From NCBI RefSeq assembly GCF_036321535.1, contig NC_087443.1:79360001-79424000 (forward strand): a stretch of DNA of 64,000 bases, written 5' to 3'. This document shows positions 9,470 to 21,540 of this stretch, piece by piece. Origin of the DNA: Camelus dromedarius (Eukaryota). The position numbers and the translations under genes are program-made. Positions within the stretch are counted from its first letter, which is position 1, and each line of letters starts with the position of its first letter. The notes under the pieces were generated by a model. That model did not search any database and had not been told where the DNA came from. It worked only from the letters and a program-made list of their open reading frames with translations.

Positions 9470-12400
9470 TGTTTTTGCTGGTGAGGCCTTGGGGAAACAG
9501 GCATTCTTACGTATTGTTAGTGGGGATACAAAATAGTGGAAACCTTAAGTCAGTGAGGCAATATCTAACAAAATTACATCTGCACTTACTTTTGATCCAG
9601 CGATCCTTTTAGGAACCTGTGTTGAAGATATCCCTTCACAAATATGAAGCCATGCATACATGAGGTTATTAATAATGGCATTATTTACAATAGCAACAGA
9701 TGTGGAGCAACCCAGATTTCCCTCAGCAGGAGGCTGGTTGATGACACTATGTTACATCCATCCAAAGGAATATTATAGAGCCATGTAAACAAGTGTGAAA
9801 GTCGTCTATGTCCTATATGAAGTCATCTCCACAATATACTAAGTGATAAAAACAAGATGAAGGGCAAGATAGATATCATGGTAAATTTCTATAACAAAGA
9901 AGGGGAACTAAGAACCCATAATAATAAGCAAAGCTTTCAAAAAGGTAATGTACAGGATGATAAAAATGATTATCGTATGGGAAATAACGGAGGGATGAGG
10001 ATGTAAGAGTTCTTTAAGATCCCACAGTTGGAACTTTTGAGCCAAGTGAGCATTATACATATGCAGAAACTGAAATTAAATCAGTAGGAAAAAGCAAACT
10101 TAAAACTGAAATTAAATGGGATCACATAAACCCAACAGTATATTTAAAAAGTAACATAAGATATTATTTCAAGGTATTTGAACTCAGTACATTGATTGTG
10201 CATCATTAGTGGGATAAAACCTAAAGACAAAATGTCATTCTCCACTAAAAGGGGAACTAGAATTACCTGGAAACATTTTTCATTCCAGGCTTGAGGCTAG
10301 AAAAGTACATCTCACTGTGTTAGGAAGCAAGACAGCACTCAAGCACTCCTGGGGAGAGAGCACGTCATAGGATGCGGAAGAGAAAGAAACCAGAGAAAGA
10401 AAACTTTAAACTTCATCCCAGTTGTGATGGACTCATTTAACACAAGACATGCAAGACCTCTTCACTGAAAGCCACAGAGCATTGCTGAGACAAATTTAAA
10501 AAGACTTAAATAAAAGGAGAGATAGACCTGGTTTGGATTGGTAGATTTTATGTTATTAACTTGTCACTTCTCTAGGATCTGATATATAGACTCAGTCTAA
10601 TTTCAATCAAAATTCCAGGAGGCTTTTTGTTGTTGTTGTTAGAAACTGAAAAGCTGTTTATAAATTTTATATGGAAATGCAATAAGCTAGAAAAACCAAA
10701 GTAATTTTTAAAGAATAAACTTATGTTACATGATTGAAGACTTAGTATAAAGCTGCAGTAATAAGAACAATATGATATTGAAGGAAGAAATAGATACAAA
10801 ACAAAACTGGGTCCCAAAGCAAACCCTCACATATGTAGTCAACTGAGTTTTGACGAAGCTACCAAGGCAATTCTAGGGGGGAGAAAAGTCTTTCCAACAC
10901 AAGGTGCTGAAACAGTTGGATAATCACATGGAAAAAAACAAAAATTGACAGATAAAACTTACACAACATAAATGGTAGACTTATATGTAAAATCTAAAAC
11001 CATGAAACTTCTAGAGGAAAATATAGGTGAAATATTGTGACCTTGGTTAAGGAAAATATTTCTTAGGCAGAACACAAAAATGTAGACTTTAAAGGAAAAA
11101 AATTATAAACTGGTCTTTATCAAAATTTAAGATTTTTAGTATTTGAAAGGCTCTGCTAAGAAAACAATGAGGCAAGTCATACAATGGGAGAAAATATTAT
11201 ATATGATATAATACACACATATATTCGTGTCAAAAGTCCCTATGCTCAAAATATATAAAGAACACTGAACATGTGCTAATAAAAAGACAAACAATCCAAA
11301 AAGAAATGGGCAAAAGCTTTGAGCAGGAGTCTCACCAAAGTAAACATACGCTTACTATACACTCAGCCGTTTCAAAACTAGGTAGGACCCCAGAGAAATG
11401 GAGCACATATGTCCACCCAAAACTTCCACCCAAATGTTCACAGCAGCTTTATTCTTAAGAGTCCCAGAATGAGCACAACCCAAATGCCCACAGTGGGTGA
11501 ACAGACAAACGACACGTTGTACTGCAGAGCGATGAAAAAGAATGAACCAAATAAGGACAGTTGGACTCTCAGCAGTGTTAGGTGGAGGGAAAGAAGCCAG
11601 ATGCAACGGAGTACATCCTCCATTACTCAATGTATGTAAAATCCTAGACAAATCAACCAGATCTATGTCTACAGAAACCAAATCAGTGGTTGCCCAGGGA
11701 CAGAGGAGGGGGAGGAGGCGAAACGTAAAAGGACGTAAGACGCTCTCTGCTGATGGAAATATTCTGTGTCTTGTTCATAACAGTAGTTTTATAGGTATAT
11801 ACATCTATTAAATCTCGTCATATTGTACACTTAAAATGGATGCGATTTATTATACATAAGATGTATTTTCACAACATTGATAGAAAAAATAAGGACACAG
11901 GAGTCAGCTTAAAGGGACCCCTACTAATCAAATTTAGGATAATATGAACAGCAAAAATGATTTAATTGGTTGTAAAACATTGACCTCATACTTTTTAGTT
12001 AAAAAAAAAAACAAAATCTAAGCCCCTGGACCAAACTACCAATTTTCAGGGAATGCAATGGACAGAAAATATTAATCTGCACAGTGGGGATAGACTCTTC
12101 ATAACCCAGACTGAGAGGAGGTCTCGGTACAAATGACTCTGTTTCCTCAATAAATAAATTACAATGGAGAGAGGGAGAGAGGCTGACTTGTGAACTAAAA
12201 GAGATTTATCAATTAATTGCTATGTATTAACTCTATATGAATTTTGATTCAAACAAAAAGTCTTAAAATAAATATGGGACAATGCAGAAATTCAAACTCT
12301 GGACATGTGATGTTAATGAATTAGTGCTCGTTTTTAGAGTCTGGTAATAGTACTGTGGTGGTATTTTTTAGAGAGAGAGTTTAGTTTGCAGTGATACATA

Positions 12401-12480
12401 CTGACATTTTTATGGATAAAATGATGTGGCTAGGATTTGTTTCAAAATCATCTATAGGAGAAGGGCATGGAAATACAGTT
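9470..12480 (+). mobile_element. L1MC-type 3' region, interrupted at ~10400-11885 by a second L1
   Basis: The L1MC 3' UTR hallmark tccactaaaaggggaac...gaaaagtaca...gcactcaa (10240-10350) resumes as aaggacacaggagtcagcttaaagggaccc at 11890. Confidence 0.7.
10400..11885 (+). mobile_element. L1MB/ME1-type ORF2 end and 3' UTR, nested in L1MC
   Basis: Degraded ORF2 C-terminal blocks (aaattccaggaggcttttt, gacttagtataaagctgcagtaat, atgtccacccaaaactt), ending tgtacacttaaaatggatg...agaaaaaataa. Confidence 0.8.
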
Positions 12481-13494
12481 GAAATAATTCTAGAATACAA
12501 TTCTAGGTTATCCATGCCTTACCTCATTTGTTCCTCACACCCCACCTGTCAGGTAGACATGATCGCTATACCCACCTTCCAGATGAGACACCCAAGGCAC
12601 AGAGAAGCCCTTGACCTTGATCCTTGTGCAGCACTGCCCTTCACCTTCTGTGATCAGGCGGGATCCTGGAGAAGCAGGGAAGAAGCAAGCACCCCTCTGC
12701 AGAACAATGGAACCACAGACGAGAAGCAGGTTCCTCCTTAATCTAAATCCACCCTGGGTTATTCTCAGAAATGAGTGACTGGTTTGGAGACGGCTGCACG
12801 TGCTCATAGGCGGGTTCCACGTAAGGACCCAGCGTGTCTAGGCAACTGTGCTGGTGAGAACAGGGCACAGGAACCCAGCCGGCGGAGTCCATGGCCACCT
12901 TTGACTACATCCCCAGAAATCTGGGAACAGTCGAAAAATCCCACAGACTAGCCGATATTTTGTCAGAAAGCAGCCTTGAGGGCAACAAGCCAGAGCAGTC
13001 TGCCTGGGCCCGTGGGCTCGGGAAAGCTGCCCCTGGAAGGGGGAAGGGAGCAAGTTTCCCCCGCAGCCTTCTCACCCCTAGACAGTAAGACCCTCAGGGA
13101 CAGAGGCAGTGGGTCTTTTGTCATCGTCTTCAGCAGGTGATTAATAAGACTTTGCTGAATGAATGGGCCCCATTTCACCCCATGAAAGTTAAGGATAAAT
13201 CTTAATTTCAATCTGCTGGCATGGGCGAGGCACCACAGACAAACTTCTACATTGCTGATGACACGACTCCTTGGTAAGCAGTTTGGCAATAGGTACAAAA
13301 TCTTTAAAAAGTTCATACTCTTTGACCCAATAATTCACTTCTTGAAGGCAGCAATTCTAAATATGGGTGGGGGGAAGTACGCACAAAGATATATAATACA
13401 GCATTCTTTGTCATTTAGAAAAACTAAAAATAAATGTTGACCGATGTGGGAAAAGTTGAATAAACTCTAAGGTGGTCTTGAAAATTTATAGTTA

Positions 13495-13496
<2 letters not shown>

Positions 13497-13529
<33 letters not shown>

Positions 13530-13560
13530 ACACGTGTGTCCACGCACATGTGTGTGTGTG
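13497..13560. repeat. (TG)n microsatellite with interrupted alternating purine-pyrimidine extension
   Basis: About 16 perfect TG units, followed by cacacgtgtgtccacgcacatgtgtgtgtgtg. Confidence 0.95.
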
Positions 13561-15329
13561 TTTTAATCTAGGCAACAAAGAAACCAAGTAAGAGAAATAT
13601 TCCAAAATGACAGTCAGTTATTTTATTAGGGTCATAAGACTTTGGACTTTTTTTCTACTTTCAGTATTTAATTCAAAGTGATTGTAATATTTATTGAAAA
13701 ATATATATGTATATATGATATATGGAAGCAAATAAAGGAGAGAAGGAAAAAGAGAGAGAGAAGCTGACCGAGAGCAAACCAAAATCCATCATTTTCTCTA
13801 ATTTTTTAGAAACTTACAGGACCATGTCAAATAAGAGAAAGCACGGCCCTGGTGAATCGCCTGTACTTCGCAAGTTTAGAAGCTGCTGTTTTACACCCTG
13901 TCTTTGGGGCATCAGGATGCTCCCCTGTTGGAAACATCCCATTCCTTGCTCAGGAGGTCCTGTTCATTATACGCTGAACGGCTCGCTCTGTTAAATGCTG
14001 GGGGGATTATATTTTAGTACCACTCAAAGAGTTTTAAGTAATCCCTTTGTTTATTTCCTCTCCTTGTTGAATGTGCTTGAAATATGAGGTTGGGGACTTT
14101 GTGCTTGAGAGATAATTATGACAATAGCACTTAGAAGCTCTTACTCCAGAAGCAGAAGCAGCCTTCAGCACACTCCTGTTAGACCTGAACTCAGAACCCG
14201 TCGTTTTCCTTGGGGTTGTTAACGCACTGGGCACCACTGGTGTGGGATGCTCGAAAATGCTCAGCTCATTAGAGACTTTAAGAGCCTGATAACGTGCTTT
14301 ATTCTTCCTGATGTGAGGGTCTGTGCATGTGACTACGAATGAGTAGACTGGAGCTGATTCCAACAATTCAATCAAATGTGCATTGAAAGAATGTGTACGT
14401 TGCTTCTTTTTGATACAAAGAATGATTTTTCACTGATACTCTATGCTATGACACGTATATGAAATAAGCAGATTTGAAATTTGACTGAATAAATTTATGT
14501 TCAACTATAAGTTTAAAGTTTGATAAACTGCTATACAACTGAATTTAAAAAATACTTAGATTATGAAATTATGAAGTAATAACTATAAACTCAAAATATT
14601 ATATATAGACATAGAGAGAGAGAGAGAGAGCAGTTCTAAGGAGAGAGAGGTGTTTTGGGGATTTTGGGTAAATGTTTGAAAACAACCAATAAGTTTTCTT
14701 TCAAAATTTTTTCTCTCTCTCTTTCTATAGAGATTACAGCCTCATAGGCCAACCGTACGGAAAAAAAGTTATGCTTCTCTGGATGTAAATCCACTTTACT
14801 GTAGATACAGAGATTACTCTCAAAATGTGATCAACTAAGACCCTGGAAATAAACCCAAATCACAAAGTCAGACTATATACAAAATATTTACTTGAAATGG
14901 TCACACATGGGAGAATCCCACCTTATGCCAGGTATGTATACTGAACTCTGCGTCATGTTTGATCACATGACAATATAGCTATTGTTTAAAACTGTAGCTT
15001 TGAATCTAAACTTTGTTTAGGGGCAAATATAGAGAACATGGCAAAAAACATTAGGATGTATACTAAGCTTCTACATCAAATCATAAATTACAACATTTTA
15101 TGTTTGAAGCTAGAACTGATCTTTTTTTTTTTGCCATGGTTTAAAAAATACTGGAAAATCATGTTGAATATAAAACAAAATGTACAAATTCTTTGGCATT
15201 CCTTCCCTCAAATGCTGGCACCTCACTCCTCTTCCCTTGAACGTGGACCAGACTTAGTGCGAACGTGATGCTGCGTCGTTTCCAAGGCTCAGTCGTTAGG
15301 AGAATACACCTTCTGCCTGGTTCTCTAGC

Positions 15330-15610
15330 TCTTCCGTCCCTTGTTCTGAGGGAAGACAGAGTCATGCTGTTAAAAGTGCTCAGCAGGCCTGTGGATGGGC
15401 TCACGTGGAGAGGAACTTGCTGGCCATGTGAATGCACCGTCCTGGAAGTAGGTCCTCCCCCACACAAGCTTGAGATGACCGCAGCCCTGGCTAACATCCA
15501 CTGAGCCACAGGAGAGACCCCAGGCCAAAAGAATTCGCTGACCACTCCTGAATTCCATAGAAAAATAACAAGCCATTGAGTTTTGAGGTGTCTTTTTATA
15601 CAACAGTAGG
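15330..15610 (+). mobile_element. MaLR LTR (MLT1-type), sense
   Basis: cacgtggagaggaact...ggccatgtgaatgcacc...ttgagatgaccgcagccctggctaaca...aagccattgagttttgaggtg. Confidence 0.7.
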
Positions 15611-16604
15611 TCCAGCAGGAGAAAACGCAGACAAGTTGCAGAAGGAAGGGCAAGATCTTTCTTACCGGCCTGGGGCCAAGCCCTTTTTTCTGACACGTAT
15701 TACCACGCAAAACCTCCATATTCCCCATTGAAAAGTGGGAGATTGCCATCTGTATTGCCGACGCTGAGTTGAGTGGTGAGGCGCGAGTAGAGGGTATACA
15801 GTCGGTGCTCAATAAATGCTAGCTATTCTCACTTTGAGTTCATAGAGCACATCAAAGATGGGGAATCAGGTTTATCTCATCTCAGCCCAACTCAGTGTGG
15901 TCCTTTTGTTCATATTCAATATAGTCCAAACCAAAATCCCATTTCTACCCTCTTCAGCGAGACCTCCCCTTTTCTGTAATGACCCAGGCTGCAGAGAGAG
16001 GGGAAGGGGCCACTCGGAACGTCCACACCTGTCCCGGGGGGGCTCTCCGCTCTTCCACACTCAGTCCCCCACCCTCACCCCCGCAGTGCTGAGATGGCAC
16101 TGCTGCTCCTCGGGCCCACGTTGGTGACGGGGAGAGCGATGGCAGCGCAGCAAAGAGACAGCAGCGCGACTAATGTCTCCTGCCCGACCTGCTCCTCCCC
16201 CAGCCCAGCCCACCATCTGCTCCTTCGCTGTTTACTGCTATTTTCTCCCTAAAACAGGTCATAACTCCATCTGAGTCCCCAGGGGTCCTCATGGGCTTTA
16301 TTTTCCTTCTCCAAAGCCATACAGTTTCCTCTTCCTTTTCTTGGCACCTTCACGTTTGGGCTGGGAAGGGAGCCAGCTGCCTCCGCCAGCTCTCCATCTC
16401 TTCCTGATGGTTAACAGTCAAAAATAATATGAGCTGTCTCTTTGAGCTTTTATTCTCAAGGCAAGCTATTCATTCAACTAAGGCCTCCGCGTTGATTACA
16501 GTGACTGTATTCATCGAGCTTCAATCCATAGAAAACTCCGACATGCTTACTGAAAGTCAGACCCGGCTGTTATTTACTGAGGAATGTGTCAGAACTATTT
16601 ACAC

Positions 16605-16900
16605 TTTATTCACTTAATCAACAAATGTTTACTGAGCACTTACTAAGCGTCAGACTCTTCAAACTGCTGGGGATACGTTAGTGAACCTAAAAGTCAAAAT
16701 CCTCTGTCCTGTGGAACTTAAATGGAACCATAATAAATAAGGAAATTGCAATGTGTTTTACAGTGCTAAGTGAGATATATATATTTAAGTAGAAGAGGGA
16801 AAAATCAAGAGTGAGACATGGTGTGAGTTGCAATTTTAAATGTGCAGTGAGAGTTGTTCAAAACGAGGTGGTATTTGAGCCAAGACTAGAAGGAGCAGCA
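16605..16900 (-). mobile_element. L2 LINE 3' end, antisense
   Basis: ttcacttaatcaacaaatgtttactgagcacttactaagcgtcagac...ctggggatac...ggtatttgagccaagactagaagg. Confidence 0.7.
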
Positions 16901-17662
16901 GAGATTTGAAGGAAACACTGGGTCCTAATCAACGTCAAGGTCAACTAAGAGCTTTTAGAATTTCAGAGAAAGCAGAAAGATGAGCAGGAGGACAGGTGGC
17001 AGCTGTCAGTGCTAAGGGTGTGACGGAGACCATTTGGGTCCCGTGTTGCTCTTTTCTTCTTTGTAAAGAGAAAATCTTCTGATTGAAAAGAGTACAATGA
17101 AAATTGGTCAGAGGGAACTGAAAGTCAGGATGGGGACAGACATAATTTTTAAAAAGAGAACAGTAAGATCCCTTAGAACACGCCAGATCTCCTACCCAGA
17201 CCGCTTACCCACCAGGATGTTGGCTGCAGGGATGGAGCGATCATGATGCTTCTTACATCTTCCCTCCGGGGCCCCTCCATCCTTCCCCATGATGTGGAGC
17301 GCCGCGGGCACCCTCTCAGGTGCTCTCACCTGTACTCCCTGCAAGTGTCGGGGACTTAGCACTTGGGGTGGGGGCAGAATGATTCTAAGTTTTGACCTCA
17401 GGTGGATGATCATGAAACATCATTTATAGGGCTCCTCAAAAGTCCCAGTAGAATGCATCACTGGTCATCCACAGTGGCCAGCTCCACAAGGCATCCATAT
17501 TCCCTCACTCCCTCTTGTCCCTTACTTCTGCTTCATGAGATCACTTCCTCCAAAAGCTGCCTGAAGGCACTGAGGTGTAGAGAGATTCGTCTGTTAGCCC
17601 AGGGTCTGCACAGCTCGTAGGCAGAGGAGTGAAGATTCCTGGCCAAGATCTTTCCTGCAATC

Positions 17663-17780
17663 CAGTGTTTCTCAAAGGAAGACTTGTCCAGGACTCTTGC
17701 AACAAAATCTCCAGAGGATGTTGTCTAAGATGCAGATTCCTGGGATACCTCTCAGGCATACTAAATTTTCAAAAGAACAA
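17663..17780. mobile_element. MER5-like hAT MITE fragment
   Basis: cagtgtttctcaaa terminus and gatgcagattcctggg internal motif. Confidence 0.5.
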
Positions 17781-17906
17781 GCAAGAAGAGGAAGAAGGGA
17801 CCTGGCCACAGACTTGTCTAACCAGCCTCTCCTCACCCCCAAGATAGAACTTCTGTTTATATACTCAAGTTTATGAACCACAAAATGCCACCGTGTTGCC
17901 TTAGCT

Positions 17907-19221
17907 CAGGCACCTTCAAGTGGGGGACTCAGGTCCCTGAACATTTCAAGGGACGCTTAACCAACCAAGTTTTTTAAGGAATCTCCATCCCAAATTTACT
18001 CTTTCCAAAAAAAGCCCTGAGAATGCAAGTTCTCCTTTCCTTCCTTTTCCATCACAATCACCTTCTCCCTTTAACAGGAAAAAAAAAAAAAGGCACATCT
18101 CTTACTTTGGTGTGCTGCTCTGGGGTCTAAAGCCCAGCCCTACACAAAGGGTAATTGGAAATATCCAGGTCACCGTGAGAACGTGAATTACTCTAATGAA
18201 TAGGTACCAATTTCTTTTTCAATTCAGGCATTTCCCAATCCTTTGCTTTTAACAATACTAAAGGAGAAATTAATAGAGCTAGTAGCTGACAGATAATTAA
18301 TTTTTTTGAAATTTTAGATTACTAAGATTTTTGACATATAATTCAGAAGCATTCCAGTGAATTGTTAGCATGAAACTCCTTTTACCAATTCACTGATGTC
18401 ACAAGTCCTTTCGGTATTTACATGTATTTTGAGATAGATGCAAACTCTGTCACATTTCCAGCAATGTCATATTCAGCCATATTCGTTATGCATATTTAAA
18501 TCAACTATAAAAATCTTCATCCATTTTACCAAAAGATGTATTTCCAATAACATTTGATACATTTAATAATTACTTATTAAAGTGTATATGTTATGCTGTG
18601 TTGGTCAATTGCAATATTAATAGTACTTTAACAGTGGCCTCAGCCAGAATAAATTGTTTTAACTCAGCCTTATGACCACAGTAAATTTTTTTTAATTTAA
18701 ATTTAAGTATATACTATATTTGTTTTTTACAAAGAAACATTAAAGGCTGATCAATAGAAAACATTCAATCCTAAAATATATTAGACTCAGAGAATTCTGT
18801 TCCAGAAATGGAATAAAAATGCAAGTTCAAATAGAAACAGTAAAAATATATGTAATTTCTAACTGTTAAAGGATAGTTTGTATATTTCTTAAATGGATGA
18901 TAGTGGATAATTGAATCACTATGGTGATCAGATTCCACTAGACCCATTAAAAAGAATGGATTAACAAAGAATGTTAAGAGGCAGTACTTCAAACAACAGC
19001 AAAATGTAGCAAATACATTTTGGGGCAATTGAAATTTATGCAACAGAAGGCTATTTTATTCCTAAATGTAAATTCTTTTAATCTGGAAATTATGTCTGTT
19101 TGCCTCTTTTACACATATGATGAAAGCATTTGGATGTAAAATTTTAAATATTTTAGGAGGTAGGTTGTTTCTCAGAGTTCTTCTTTTGGAGTAAATGAAC
19201 CAAATCATTTGGAGACCACTG
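17907..19221 (+). mobile_element. Internally deleted hAT-Charlie DNA transposon fossil (~1.3 kb)
   Basis: Right end tttggagaccactg (hAT TIR) and left end caggcaccttcaagtgggg. 18400-19000 tracks a recalled Charlie 3' consensus (gatgtatttccaata, tcagccttatgaccacag, gatcaatagaaaac, ctgttaaag, taaatggatgatagtgg, ctatggtgatcagattcca). Both flanks contain CTTAG. Confidence 0.7.
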
Positions 19222-21404
19222 CTTAGAGCATCAAGCGTTCATAGACTGTGGAAATCAAATTGCTGAAATCACAGTGAATACCTAGGGATGGAGTATTGGG
19301 GAGTAGGGCTGAGAGGTGAGATGTACCCATGAGACCTGAAGGCAGGTCTCTGAGTCTTGAGAAGATGGATTTACCCTGGAGTACTCAAATCTCTAAATTC
19401 AGTTGGATGATGAATTCAGGAAAGATGAAAAATGACCTTAGAAAAATGAAAGTTTGAAGTTCCTAACTTAGAGAGCAGTGGTATAAATCGAGGTATATCA
19501 AATATAAAATTTTAAAGTTAGAAACACTCCAACAGAATTTATAATAGTGCTTAAAGAAGGATGAAGAAAAGGCATATCTAGACCTTCCATTTAAGAAAGA
19601 GAATGAAATAACAAAATACTATATTTATCAAAATTAAACACACACATAATAGAGCTTCATCAAGTTACAGAAAAGGACATTGTGAAATGTCTAAATGCTC
19701 CAACCTGCTGGAACACAAGGGTATGTTGTTGTCCACTTACTTTTTTCTAATCATTTTCAGCTTATCATATATATCAGAATGCCAAGTTTCAACACCCAGG
19801 AAATGAATTGTCTTGATTAGAAGAATTTCAGCCAGAATTCCAAAATTTCAGTGATTCCATTTTAGTCTAAATAACCACTTAGAAAGCTGGCAAAGCTGTT
19901 TTATGACCTATGTATAAATTGAAAGTTCTCCTACTCCAGAAAAGTCAACGTAATGCATATCAAGAAGCATATATATCTTCCGTGTGATGAGCGTGCTGCC
20001 TGCAGAAAGATGTGCCTCTACACCTGAGTGAGCCTCACTTTCAGACCAGGGGAAACTCAGCATTTTCACACTTAACAGACTTAGATCAAAATATTGTTTA
20101 AAAATACCCTGGAGAGACCCAATTAAAAGTATTAATTATAGCTGCCATGATAACACGGCAAGCAATAATGCGACCCAAAGTGTTTGGCCCTGAATTTTCA
20201 AATACCAAATTGCTATCTCCAAAAATTGCATCAAGTGGATTCTAATAAATCAAAGAGTATGCCATGTGTCAAATATCTGTCTGAAATATATTCCTATGGG
20301 TAAGCTATGAATCTAGAAAGTGGGTCTTAACTTCTAGTGCAAAAAGAACCACACCGTATACCTTTACGTCCTTAAATATCTTCTTTGAAATACTGACTTC
20401 ACAGCCCAAATTATGGCATAAGTCAGTATAAAAATGCAATGAGTAACACTGATTCTGTCTCATGCTGTGTGACTCTTAATCCTCATTAACGTGTGTGTGT
20501 GCACATGTGCACACGTGTGTGTCTGTTCTTACGCACATGGGGTTTCAGACCACAGGACCAGAGCTTTAAGTGTTGATCTTTCTTAAAGAAGTCTGAATAG
20601 GGATTGAAACTCATAAAGTTCTTATTACTGACCCTTCCTTTACAGGAATCAAATCTGGCTCTTCCTCCAGTGAAAATAATGTGTCTATTACACATGACAA
20701 AAAAGTAATGGGGACTTACTGTGTGCACTATTTTAACGTGGAAAAATATGCTTCACCTCTGTCTTAAAGATAGATTTTCCATAGTAGAAAAAGAAAAAAA
20801 AATATGATTTAGATGAATGTGTCAGAAAGTGTGAGCGCTGGGTTCATATTGATCTGATCAAGACATATGAACAGAGGCGAAATTTGGCCCAGAAAATGGT
20901 TTGGAAGGAAATTCACCCGATGACTTCAGACACTGAAGGCTTCATCGGAAATTACTGTCCCTGTGTTGACTGAAGAGTGGCTACGCAGGCACAGTTTTCC
21001 ACCCCAAAGGATCAAGGACTTTTGCTCCTTTGATGGAGTATACACATCTCAGCTACATCAGAGAAGGGGGAAACTCTGAGCTGCCATTCTGGGTTTGTGT
21101 GGGGACTAAATGTCTCATCCGTAACTGAGTGATCAATAATTTTTTATCCCTTCACTCCCCGATTCCTTCTCTTCGTCCATTCCCCAAACCTCTTTAGGAT
21201 GTAGAAACAGTTCAGACGCTAAGTTAATAAAGACGCCTTGGCCGTGAGGAAAGCATTAGTTCTGGGTCCCAAAATACTCTCTAACTAGAGAATACTGGAG
21301 CAATTTGCAAGCAATTAAGCGGAAGGATATAGTTGAGAACATTGAAGGAGGAGACAGAAGACGTCTGCCCAATCCCCATTATCTTAGTCTGGCCAAGGGA
21401 TTTT

Positions 21405-21540
21405 AACAACTTAATCTAGCTTTAGGTTTCCCATGTATCAAATGGGGGATAATGATATCTATTCTGCACATTCCACAGGTTTTAGGTGGGTCATTTAGTG
21501 CTAGTGCACATAAATGCACTTTAAAACCTGTAAAGCATCA
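21405..21540 (+). mobile_element. MIR SINE
   Basis: tttaggtttcccatgtatcaaatgggggataatgatatcta...acaggtttta...tgtaaagca. Confidence 0.55.

Noticed and set aside
15159-15812. Longest ORF in the track (217 aa, minus strand)
   Set aside because: Runs antisense through an MLT1 LTR; no recognisable domain.
19741-19907. Minus-strand exon-like segment with a perfect gtaagt donor
   Set aside because: In-frame TGA in the best frame and stops in the others; peptide not recognised.
20786-20930. Protein-looking frame KKKKKYDLDECVRKCERWVHIDLIKTYEQRRNLAPENGLEGNSPDDFRH
   Set aside because: No convincing donor, no recognised homolog, and the length is within chance expectation.
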